A stretch of DNA of 64,000 nt from Candidatus Melainabacteria bacterium 17Bon1m. GTDB taxonomy: Bacteria; Cyanobacteriota; Vampirovibrionia; Obscuribacterales; Obscuribacteraceae. The first letter of the stretch is position 1. Every line of letters starts with the position of its first letter. Of this stretch, positions 10,389-19,290 are shown piece by piece. The notes below the pieces were generated by a model. The model ran no database searches. It worked only from the letters and a program-made list of their open reading frames with translations, and had not been told where the DNA came from. The DNA is taken from NCBI GenBank assembly GCA_032128875.1, contig JAVLKG010000008.1, forward strand, positions 211,212 through 275,211. Direction: 5' to 3'. The position numbers and the translations under genes are program-made.

Positions 10389-10555
10389 GCATTACTCAGA
10401 ATCTGAGTTAACCGCTTAGTCGACAGTCGAGGAACTCTCGACGTGTTAAGGAATCGCGCGCTCAGCTCCTTGGAGTGCGCGATTCCAGCAAAGGCTGTAT
10501 CTGTACAACTGAGTTGTTACAGAACAGGGCAATTCAAACATGACAAGGTGCCTCC

Positions 10556-11539
10556 ATGACAAATGGTAAAACCAAAGGACATCGACTTCAGGAAGAACTC
10601 TTCCGCTGGTACGTTACCGTCTTCCGTGGCGATAACTGCGGTGAGACTACTCCGACGGCGCAGAGGCTGAATGGCCTCAAGCACCACGTTGAAGTCCTCA
10701 TCAGAGCAGGCTGGACACTCACGATGAGTGCAGACAACTCGCCAGCAGACAAGGCCGGCGTCGACTTCATCTGGGAAAACCCCAGCCGCGGATGGTTCCC
10801 GCTCGACGCCAAAGCGATGGGATCGACGAGCTGCCGTCTCATCACGCAAGTACACGTCGGCAACAACACTGATGCCGGCGAGTTCAAGCAACTGCGTTTC
10901 GAGGACAGAATCGCGTTCCTCGAAACGCTGGTCAACCTGGCTCGCTCGGGTCGCCCCGTCAGCCATGCCTGCTGCCCGCCTCCCGGCGTCACTCCGGTGG
11001 CGGCGGCCCAGCTTCTCGATGGACTGAAGAAGCTCGAGCGGCAACTCGAAAAGTCGGCGTCTTGCGACGAACGGCTTGGCGAGTGGGCAGTTGCCCTGGG
11101 CAAAGCGATCGGGTACCAAAAGCGACAGGTACGCGGTGGTCCTAGCGAAGAGGCGACATCGTCGGCGCAGAAGCTCATCGCTTCGGCGATCGATGCATTC
11201 TTCGTGTCGTTTCTCAACGGCAACAACGTCACCTTCGCATCGCAGCAAATGCGCTTGCAGCCCAACCTCCGCCGCCACGACCGACTCCAGTATCTCTTCA
11301 CTGGCGACGTCATCAAGGCGACGGTCGGCAATGCGCAAGAGCTCGTCGTCCTCTCCGGATTGGCGTCGCTCATCAAGAAGCGTTTCGAAGCGCGCTACAG
11401 CGAGCTGATCGGGCTGCACCGCAGCGCCGACTGGCTCATGCAGCGCAAGCGCACCTTCGAGACGAAGGGTGTGGAATGCGTCATCCATGCGGTTCTCGAC
11501 GCGTTCCAACGGCAGTCGGGCGCACGCCGCGCGGCGTAG
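10556..11539 (+). CDS. Hypothetical protein, possible PD-(D/E)xK nuclease-like N-terminal domain
   Basis: 327-aa ORF with AAGGTG RBS; ADKAGVDFIW...WFPLDAK resembles a D...DxK core (function uncertain). Confidence 0.75.
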   Translation: MTNGKTKGHRLQEELFRWYVTVFRGDNCGETTPTAQRLNGLKHHVEVLIRAGWTLTMSADNSPADKAGVDFIWENPSRGWFPLDAKAMGSTSCRLITQVHVGNNTDAGEFKQLRFEDRIAFLETLVNLARSGRPVSHACCPPPGVTPVAAAQLLDGLKKLERQLEKSASCDERLGEWAVALGKAIGYQKRQVRGGPSEEATSSAQKLIASAIDAFFVSFLNGNNVTFASQQMRLQPNLRRHDRLQYLFTGDVIKATVGNAQELVVLSGLASLIKKRFEARYSELIGLHRSADWLMQRKRTFETKGVECVIHAVLDAFQRQSGARRAA

Positions 11540-11610
11540 CCTCAGGCCCGACAAGCAGCAACAGGGGGCGCAAGTCCCCTGTCCCTCAACCCAAAACCGG
11601 CAAAACCAAC

Positions 11611-11841
11611 ATGCCAAAGTGTCCTCCGCCTGCAATCTCAGGAACGCGTTCTCCACGGCCGCGCCTACTACTCGAAGCGTTCGTGCTGCTCTGCGTGGCT
11701 GTCGTCGCTGTCTGCGCCGGCATCGCCGCGCACTCTCCGCAGTGGCACAACGTGTGCTTGCTCATCGGCGCGCTCGTCATGATTCCGATGTGTTGGGCTG
11801 CTGAACGCACGCTCGACACGTCGCAATCGACGAACTCCTGA
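11611..11841 (+). CDS. Small two-TM membrane protein
   Basis: Two hydrophobic segments; last gene before a hairpin and pyrimidine tract; start uncertain. Confidence 0.5.
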   Translation: MPKCPPPAISGTRSPRPRLLLEAFVLLCVAVVAVCAGIAAHSPQWHNVCLLIGALVMIPMCWAAERTLDTSQSTNS

Positions 11842-12211
11842 ACTCGAGCATCAAGAAGAAACTGGAAACCGGCAGACAAGGCGCCTTTCAAGAGCGCCAT
11901 CTGCCTGCTCTCCTCTCTCTTCTTTTTTCAAAACATTTCTACTGCTTGCTTTAGTATATCCCGCAAAACCAGCCGACAATCTTCTGGATGCCCCAGAGAG
12001 ATTGCCGGCCGCGTTTCAATTGCTAATTGCTAGCATTCACAAGCCCAACTTCGAGGCGGACAAGTGCAGATGTATTCTCTCTCCTTTACGAAAACCGGTC
12101 CGCCAGGAGTAGCAACGATCATGGGCGGACGTTGAGCTCTCGGCGTGAAAGCAGTCCTTACAGGACCGGCCGGAGTGGAAAACTTCCTCAATGGCACATC
12201 TTCTGCCGCTT

Positions 12212-12775
12212 TCAAAAGCATGGCAAATTCTCCCAATTGTTTACTCTGTGGGACGTGTGACACTTCTTTCCGAAATTCCGCACCACAGTTCCAACCGGAA
12301 CTCGAAACTCCTGCACCTTCAGAACATCACGATCAGGTATGAAGAGTGCCCAGTTGTAGAGAAACGACTCACGATCGGGCTCATTAACGATCGTGCGCCA
12401 GTAACCGATATGCATAAGTGATGGGTCTTCGATAATATCCACCCGAGAGTCAGCCGGCACCTCACGACTGTGGCCCACGGCGTCGTCGAGCAGAGAGAAT
12501 CGGTAGGTGGGTCCCCTGCCGATGTTATCCGTACCATAGAGAAAAAAGCCGATCTCTCCCCGGAAATGTACAGTACGCACGAGCGCGGACTCTTGAGAGA
12601 CAACCTCCTTACGCGGCAGCAAACAACTGATAGACATTGCCACCAACGCACCACTCAAAATGCCGAAATACACACCGACAATTTGCCCGAGCAAGATTTC
12701 CCAAAAGCGCCCGCCCCAAGCGCCTACAAGCCCGAAGTAGCCACCTATGAATACGAAAAGGCAAACCGTGTTCAT
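12212..12775 (-). CDS. Hypothetical membrane-anchored protein
   Basis: Two N-terminal hydrophobic helices then a soluble domain; AAGGG upstream of ATG 12775. Confidence 0.65.
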   Translation of the reverse strand: MNTVCLFVFIGGYFGLVGAWGGRFWEILLGQIVGVYFGILSGALVAMSISCLLPRKEVVSQESALVRTVHFRGEIGFFLYGTDNIGRGPTYRFSLLDDAVGHSREVPADSRVDIIEDPSLMHIGYWRTIVNEPDRESFLYNWALFIPDRDVLKVQEFRVPVGTVVRNFGKKCHTSHRVNNWENLPCF

Positions 12776-13413
12776 CTGAATTTCCCTTCTTTGGATTTTG
12801 CAGTTTGATTCTGTTCGGACCCTGCTATGCAAGTTCCGCTGTGCAAACGCGCTTTGCACCCGATCAGTTGATTAAACGAAGATTGGTTTTTTCAACATCG
12901 TCTTTCTCCTTTCTAGAACGAGCCGCGCAATCTAAAACAGCCACACCGATTGAGACTTATAGTCCTCGGCACAGCTTTAGATAGTTGCGCAATAGAGCCG
13001 ATAAAGAGAGCGTGCGGTCCAATTTCGACGATAGTCGATTCGAACTTTTTCAGAGTCGGTGCGCTGCTTTATCTTCTCAGGTGATGGTGCTCTCAAACAT
13101 TCCAATGGCTCGTTTGTCGTCAGAATAGCGGGCAGCTCCGCTCTGATGCAAATATCGAACTCGATACGCTCAGCTCGATTTCATGGTGGTCTTTGGGATT
13201 ATCCAAGCTGATCTTCGACTGTACACCAATCAATTTTTTTCGCGCCAGCTCATGAACGTTTTCACGCACTTTCCACTCCCTTCGCGTGAAAACAACGTCG
13301 AATGCGAACACAGTTATCGTTCAACGATATTTTTCACAGCTAAACAAAATCCTTTATTCCGCCAGCTTCGCGTCATTAGGTTCGAATCATGGCAAATTTA
13401 GGAGAACGGTGCG

Positions 13414-13701
13414 ATGAGAAAAATTGTTGCAGCCAGCTGTCTGATCTTTGCTGCATGCTCATGGATTGTCGGAAGTGGTGCATTCAGCGAAACGAATTGG
13501 AATAACAATTATGTTCCAATCCGCCATTTAGGAGCAGACGAAGAAGAAAACTTGCTTCTTGAAGAACTGAGAATCTTGAAAAAGCTTGACCAACTTTGTC
13601 TCGACCTCAAAGAAGTGCAAAGAAAAATAGAAGACGAGCGGCGCAAGTTGGATGAAATTCGTCATCGATTGTCGTGCATGAAATACAAACGCACTTATTA
13701 A
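13414..13701 (+). CDS. Hypothetical secreted coiled-coil protein
   Basis: AGGAG RBS, signal-peptide-like N-terminus, heptad-like C-terminus. Confidence 0.6.
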   Translation: MRKIVAASCLIFAACSWIVGSGAFSETNWNNNYVPIRHLGADEEENLLLEELRILKKLDQLCLDLKEVQRKIEDERRKLDEIRHRLSCMKYKRTY

Positions 13702-13879
13702 CTAAATCAGTGTTTCAGGCTTCCGATGGCGCTCTTACATACCGCGTGGAAACGGCGTGAATTCATCTGCAAGTTGAACGAAGAGAAAGCACAGGCTTGA
13801 AACTTGCTAAACCGCAGTTGTAAGTCTTACTGAACAACTCCCAAATTGATATATTGTTTGCGGGCAAGTGGAAACTTTG

Positions 13880-14563
13880 ATGAAAAGACTCTTGATCGTC
13901 GATGATGATGTTCGCTTCGCGCGAGAATTGAAAGACGCACTCGAGCACAACGACTGCTTCGTCGATGTCGTTACTTCTGGTGCAGACTGCCTGCGCGCCC
14001 TGCAACTGGCAAAATTCGATTTCATTCTGCTTGATTGGAATCTTGACGATATCACTGGCGTCGAGGTTTGCAGAAGATTTCGCGAATCGGGCGGCAAAAC
14101 ACCAATTATTTTCTTGACAGGAAGAAGTGAAATTACAGACAAAGAGACCGGTCTGGATGCAGGCGGCGACGACTATCTCACTAAGCCTTTCGATGTACGA
14201 GAATTGATGGCGCGCTTGCGCTCCGTGGAAAGACGCGTCGTTAATTTCGAGCGCGAATCATTCAGCTTCAAAGGACTAGAACTCAATCCAGCGCTAAGAA
14301 TGGCCAGTTACGAAGGTCGCAAAGTCAGCTTGTCCAACATGGAGACAGAAGTTTTGATGCTGCTGATGCAGAATCGCGACCGCTATATGTCCGCCTCTGA
14401 AATCTATTCCCTTTTGTGGCCTGAGGGGTCGGGCTCCCACGACATAGTGCGCAGCCATATAAAACTTCTGCGACGCAGGCTTTCGAAAATTGGCGCGGAA
14501 AATTTGGTAGAAACAAAAGCAGGAGTCGGTTACATTCTCATAAGCGCAGAGCGCGATCAGTAA
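13880..14563 (+). CDS. OmpR/PhoB-family response regulator
   Basis: LLIVDDD, LLDWNL, DDYLTKPF, C-terminal wHTH ending GVGY. Confidence 0.93.
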   Translation: MKRLLIVDDDVRFARELKDALEHNDCFVDVVTSGADCLRALQLAKFDFILLDWNLDDITGVEVCRRFRESGGKTPIIFLTGRSEITDKETGLDAGGDDYLTKPFDVRELMARLRSVERRVVNFERESFSFKGLELNPALRMASYEGRKVSLSNMETEVLMLLMQNRDRYMSASEIYSLLWPEGSGSHDIVRSHIKLLRRRLSKIGAENLVETKAGVGYILISAERDQ

Positions 14564-14586
14564 ATCCAAAGTAAGGAAGAGCCAAA

Positions 14587-16023
14587 TTGCAAATTCGCGT
14601 TCTTCACAAGGGTATGATCTTCCTTTTCATCGCGGCGCTCCTGGTCGGAGTTTTTTTCTTTCGGACATACCAACTCGCCAGCAAAGCCTCAGCCATAGCA
14701 GCTAAAGATCTTCAACTCGCCCATCTTGTAGATATCCTCGATGAAACCACGATCGAATTTGCCAATGGACTAGCCGACTTTAGCCAGAACGTTTTTTCTA
14801 GAAGCCCAGATAATCCGCATCCCAAGGCGCACCGCGAAAAGATCCAATCGCTTTTGAAAGAGGCGCGTAGTCTTATTGGCGAGTCGAATGTTGATCCGTC
14901 GATTATTTCCGAAGTGGAAACGCTTTCACTAGAGCAATACAATCTTCTAATTTCTACCAAGCCCGGCGCTGACAATTCCAGGGCAACCAGCATCCAGACA
15001 TTTCTGGACTATATGCCGAGGGCGAAGAAATTAGGTTCTAAGATTTTGGAATTGAGAAATCGACTTTTGGCAGAACGCAAAACTCTCGAGAACTTGCGAG
15101 AAGAAGCGCATGAGACTACCGAACAAATGAAGGCACAGACGGTAATCGGATTGGCTTGCGCGGCGCTGTTCCTGATAATACTGGCGGTCTCATTCTTGCA
15201 GGACATAACCAAACGACTCAATTTACTGATGGAAAATGCAAAACTCCTGCCTGGAGGCAGGTCTCTGCCAAATACTGTTTCAGGCAGCGATGAAATTGCC
15301 TACCTCGATCAAGTATTGCATTTGGCATCACAGCAGCTGCAGCGTGCCGCCGAGCATCGCAAATCGATGGTTCAAATGCTAGCGCACGACATTCGTGGTC
15401 CGATAGCTTCTTCGAAGTTGAGCCTTGCCACACTCTCTCGCACTGAAGATCCCAAGCAAGCAGTATCAAGCATAAAATCTGCAGAAAACGATCTAAACCG
15501 CGCTGTTGTTCTTTTGGAAGATTTGCTCACCATAGATAGACTGGAGGCAGGAAAGCTAGACCTGGAAATAGCGCCCATCGAACTGCACACACTAATTGCT
15601 CAAGTGACAGAGGCTCTTGCCACTCTGGCGTCTGCAAAAGGGATCGAGATAGCGGTCGCCAGTGAAGAGCCCATTGTCATCGAAGGAGACAGGGCAAGGC
15701 TGATGCAGGTTCTGCAAAACCTGATCATAAACGCGATCAATCACTCAGACAAGTCAACGACCATTACGATCAGCTACAGTCAACAACCCGACCACACAAA
15801 GATTTGCATAAAAGATTGCGGCAAGGGAATCTCCAGAGAGAATCAAGCGCAAATCTTCGACCCTTTTGTGCAAGCAGAACAGCAAGGCAAAAATGGATTC
15901 GGATTAGGACTGGCCATATGCAAAAGGCTCGTGGAGGCACACGAAGGCGAACTTGGTTTTGATTCCAAAGAGGGCGAGGGAACGACCTTTTGGGTCAAAC
16001 TTCCAAGGGAAGCTGATGTCTAG
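14587..16023 (+). CDS. Membrane sensor histidine kinase (HAMP-HisKA-HATPase)
   Basis: Two TMs, H-box LAHDIRGP, N-box QVLQNLIINAI, DCGKGI, GFGLGLAIC; TTG start. Confidence 0.92.
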   Translation: MQIRVLHKGMIFLFIAALLVGVFFFRTYQLASKASAIAAKDLQLAHLVDILDETTIEFANGLADFSQNVFSRSPDNPHPKAHREKIQSLLKEARSLIGESNVDPSIISEVETLSLEQYNLLISTKPGADNSRATSIQTFLDYMPRAKKLGSKILELRNRLLAERKTLENLREEAHETTEQMKAQTVIGLACAALFLIILAVSFLQDITKRLNLLMENAKLLPGGRSLPNTVSGSDEIAYLDQVLHLASQQLQRAAEHRKSMVQMLAHDIRGPIASSKLSLATLSRTEDPKQAVSSIKSAENDLNRAVVLLEDLLTIDRLEAGKLDLEIAPIELHTLIAQVTEALATLASAKGIEIAVASEEPIVIEGDRARLMQVLQNLIINAINHSDKSTTITISYSQQPDHTKICIKDCGKGISRENQAQIFDPFVQAEQQGKNGFGLGLAICKRLVEAHEGELGFDSKEGEGTTFWVKLPREADV

Positions 16024-16037
16024 GCGGTCGCGTTTAC

Positions 16038-18251
16038 TCATTTTGGCAAGGTAAACCAAAAACGGCTTCCGCCTGGTGGTTCGCTTTCAACACCGATGCT
16101 GCCGCCATGCGCTTCGACAATGGCTTTGCAAATTGCCAGCCCCAATCCAGTTCCGCCTTTTTCCTTTGCATCACCAGGAGACACCTGGTGAAAACGTTCG
16201 AAAATTAATTGCTGATGTTCTCTCGGCACACCGCGCCCATTATCCTCAACACTGATTTCTACAATGTCTTCTTTCACCTTTGCGTAAAGCTGCACTTTAG
16301 AATTGGGCGGCGAAAACTTGATTGCATTCGACAAGAGATTGACTACAACCTGAACCAGCCTATTTACATCGGCAGTGATAGCGACATCTACTTGATCCTT
16401 GTGGATGCGAATTTTCTGGGCCTCACTCAGAGCGGAAACAGCATTGGCTGCCAGATCAAATATCTTTTCAAGATTGGTTTGCTGCGGCGCGATAGTTATA
16501 GAACCAGACTCCAATTTCTCCGCATCAAGTATTTCGTTGACCAGACCAATCAATCGATGAACGCTCTCCTCAGCTGTCTTCACAGACTCCTGCCCTTCTT
16601 CAGACAGGCTGCCAAAAAACCCCTTACCCAGCATCTGCAAGCAAACATGAATCGACATGAGAGGACTCTTCAACTCGTGCCCGACCATCGCCATAAAGCT
16701 CTGCTTGAGGCGCTCAGCCTCGTACTCACGACTGACATCCTTAACAATCAGCAATCGCCCTTTGAGCGAACTAGTATCATATGCAGTGCACATCACTTCA
16801 GCAGGGAAGAGCCCACCATCAACTTTTTGCCCGTATATTCTTCGAGCAGGATGCAATGGAGGATTCATCAATTCTAGAAGTGCAACTCTCTTCTCGCCCA
16901 ATCTATCCTGGCGAAACAGATCCGTAACCAGACGCTCAGACAGCTCATTTGCAGTGACGCCAAAGTGTTGCTCCGCGGCTGGATTTACAGAAACAACCTT
17001 GCCTTCCGGAGTCATCACAAGCAAAGCGAGCGGCATCATTTCGAAGACAGAACGCATTCGCTCTTCGCTGTGTTTTAGGGCATCTTCAGCGCGCCTGCGT
17101 TCTGTAATATCAAGAACGACACAAAATGCTCGCCCTTCCGCGTCCGACCATTGGATAGACCAAAGCACATCCCTCAGCACGCCAGAGCCTGTAATCAAGC
17201 GACATTCGAAGGACACTGCTTGATTTTGTGCAATGCACTCAGACAGCTTTCCCAAGAACATCTCACTGTCTCGGTCATGAATAATACGGGCAATCGGACC
17301 GCGGACAAGCTCATCTTGCTTGTATCCCCATGCCGCCACACAAGCTTGATTGACTTCTAGAACGCCCCCCTGCGCATTGAGCGAACAAATAACTTCGCGT
17401 GCATTTTCGACAATTGCCCGTTCGCGACGGCGGGCTTCTTTAAGGCGTACAGCAGCTTCGTGCAAAACGCTATCGAGCTTGCCGATCTCATCATCGCCCT
17501 CGACCGGAGGGTTTAGTTCTCTTTCCGCAACCAACCGATTCGAATTATCCATCACCACCAGCAGCCGCTTGGAGATGTTTCTTAGAAAGCCAAACATGAG
17601 CACCGCCGCCAATACCATATTCAAACCGACGGCAACCAGGAGAAAAGCATCAATCAGCCGACCATAGCTGCGGAATGTGCGTCCTTGCGCCTTAAGTTCT
17701 ACCTCCTCCGCCTCGATAATCCTCCGAGTGTCGGCGAGCAAAGCATTTGTAATCTCGCGCAAAGACCGGCTGCGAGCAGCCATTTCCGATGCAGCATTCT
17801 CACCCGTCGCTTTGGGCGACTGAATTATTTTGGCGGCAAGACCAAAGTCGCGGCGCATGCGGTCTGCCATTTCCTTCTGCGGACCATCATCAGGCAACAA
17901 CGCCTCCAACTCACCCATGCGCACCCGCGCTCTTTGCATAGCGCTCTCATAGCGGGTTCGCGCATATGCTTCCGGCATCATCGCGTCCAACAAAAAATCG
18001 CTCACGGCAAAAACAACCGAATTTCCCAGTGCATTCGCAGAAGTCATAATCTGCCTGGAATGCGCTTCTCGATCAGCTTGCACTTGCGCGTCATCGAGAA
18101 GAAACTTCAGACCAGCGATAAAGAAAAATGACAGCAGCAGCGGAACCGCGATGATAATGAAGCCCTGACGCGACAACGACGAGCGAAATATCGGGCTCGC
18201 GCCACCATTGTTCTTAGTTTTAGATATCGAGCTTTCAGCTTCTTCTGTCAT
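16038..18251 (-). CDS. Sensor histidine kinase with HAMP and two PAS domains
   Basis: Two TMs, PAS-PAC ends DITERR and KDVS, H-box MVGHELKSPL, NLLSNAIKF, GTGLGLAIC. Confidence 0.93.
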   Translation of the reverse strand: MTEEAESSISKTKNNGGASPIFRSSLSRQGFIIIAVPLLLSFFFIAGLKFLLDDAQVQADREAHSRQIMTSANALGNSVVFAVSDFLLDAMMPEAYARTRYESAMQRARVRMGELEALLPDDGPQKEMADRMRRDFGLAAKIIQSPKATGENAASEMAARSRSLREITNALLADTRRIIEAEEVELKAQGRTFRSYGRLIDAFLLVAVGLNMVLAAVLMFGFLRNISKRLLVVMDNSNRLVAERELNPPVEGDDEIGKLDSVLHEAAVRLKEARRRERAIVENAREVICSLNAQGGVLEVNQACVAAWGYKQDELVRGPIARIIHDRDSEMFLGKLSECIAQNQAVSFECRLITGSGVLRDVLWSIQWSDAEGRAFCVVLDITERRRAEDALKHSEERMRSVFEMMPLALLVMTPEGKVVSVNPAAEQHFGVTANELSERLVTDLFRQDRLGEKRVALLELMNPPLHPARRIYGQKVDGGLFPAEVMCTAYDTSSLKGRLLIVKDVSREYEAERLKQSFMAMVGHELKSPLMSIHVCLQMLGKGFFGSLSEEGQESVKTAEESVHRLIGLVNEILDAEKLESGSITIAPQQTNLEKIFDLAANAVSALSEAQKIRIHKDQVDVAITADVNRLVQVVVNLLSNAIKFSPPNSKVQLYAKVKEDIVEISVEDNGRGVPREHQQLIFERFHQVSPGDAKEKGGTGLGLAICKAIVEAHGGSIGVESEPPGGSRFWFTLPK

Positions 18252-18385
18252 CTAAAAGACTTAGCTTCCGATAAAAACATTCAGAAGAAGACTTCTTCTG
18301 AGTTTATATATAAGAGCATACAGAGGCAGTTTAGAGTGCCTTATAAATTAGGGCATACAGGTGTTTCAATTTCCTTGCCCGTTCC

Positions 18386-18439
18386 GTAGGGGAACCGCAT
18401 GCGGCACCCTGCCAGAGTGGCGCATGCGCCGCCCGTTAC
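18386..18439. repeat. REP doublet (REPIN-like), copy 2, degenerate
   Basis: GTAGGGGAACCGCATGCGGCACCCTGCCAGAGTGGCGCATGCGCCGCCCGTTAC; same 54-nt length and CGCATGCG cores as 2673..2726; 8 nt past the stop of 18448..19128. Confidence 0.65.
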
Positions 18440-18447
18440 AGGAAAGC

Positions 18448-19128
18448 CTACTCTTTGCCATCCCAGCGATAGCCGGAGCCACGAACGGTAGTGAGCGGGC
18501 ATTTTCCCGAAGCGTCCGTCAACTTGCTGCGCACTCTGCCGACAGCGACTCGCACAGCCGCGACACTTGCATCCTCCGCATCAGGCCAAACTCTCGCCAT
18601 TAGCGCTTCCGGCGAAAACACTTCACCCGGGTGTCGCATAAGAAATTCCAGCAGGTCATATTCGCGCGGCGCCAGGTTCAACTCCTTTCCGTCAAAAGTC
18701 GCTGAGTGCCCGGCCTTCTCGATCTCAATCGACTCGGACTTAATCGCCTCCACCTCCACCTGATTAGCTCTCCTGAGAAGTGTTCTTATACGAGCAGAAA
18801 GTTCACCCGCCGCAAACGGCTTCGTCAGATAATCATCGGCACCGGCGTCCAGTCCGGCAATGCGATCTTCGATGGTTTCGCGAGCAGTTAAGAGCAGGAT
18901 AGGTATTTTCTTGTTCTTCTCACGCACGCGCTTGCAGACCTCAATGCCGTCCATCTTCGGCATCTCCCAGTCCATTACCACGCAATCGAACGGGTAACTG
19001 AGCAAAAGTTCGAGGGCTTGCTCACCATCGCGAGCTGTTTCCACCACATGGTGGTCCTCATGCTTAAGCCATGCCGAAAGCATTACAAGCAAGCTGTAAT
19101 CGTCATCAGCCAGTAATACTTTTGCCAT
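18448..19128 (-). CDS. OmpR/PhoB-family response regulator
   Basis: VLLADDD, VMDWEMP, GADDYLTKPF, TVRGSGY. Confidence 0.93.
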   Translation of the reverse strand: MAKVLLADDDYSLLVMLSAWLKHEDHHVVETARDGEQALELLLSYPFDCVVMDWEMPKMDGIEVCKRVREKNKKIPILLLTARETIEDRIAGLDAGADDYLTKPFAAGELSARIRTLLRRANQVEVEAIKSESIEIEKAGHSATFDGKELNLAPREYDLLEFLMRHPGEVFSPEALMARVWPDAEDASVAAVRVAVGRVRSKLTDASGKCPLTTVRGSGYRWDGKE

Positions 19129-19290
19129 GGAAAAACGCTCTCGAGACCCCTTTAACTATATCTGCCACGGGCTGGTGGCAATACTGCGCCGGTTTGCGGC
19201 GAAGATAACGAAATTGTGGCAGGGCATTCACCAAGCCGTTAACTTCGCAACATATTCTCAAGGAGTTGCTACCCCCTGGAGTACACGATT

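Noticed and set aside
8215-10555. Hairpin spacers as CRISPR repeats or attC sites
   Set aside because: Sequences differ from spacer to spacer, with no constant repeat, no consistent RYYYAAC/GTTRRRY ends, and no cas or integrase gene
12030-12221. Small minus-strand ORF MLLKAAEDV...CTCPPRSWACEC
   Set aside because: Short, overlaps the upstream stop, no clear RBS or homology; possible but unsupported
12772-12898. Minus-strand ATG with strong RBS giving only MLKKPIFV; a one-base change in the A6 run would give ~41 aa
   Set aside because: Cannot distinguish leader peptide, frameshifted remnant or chance from sequence alone
13370-13395. GGTTCGAATC T-loop-like motif (similar at ~63957)
   Set aside because: No acceptor stem or cloverleaf around it; not a tRNA
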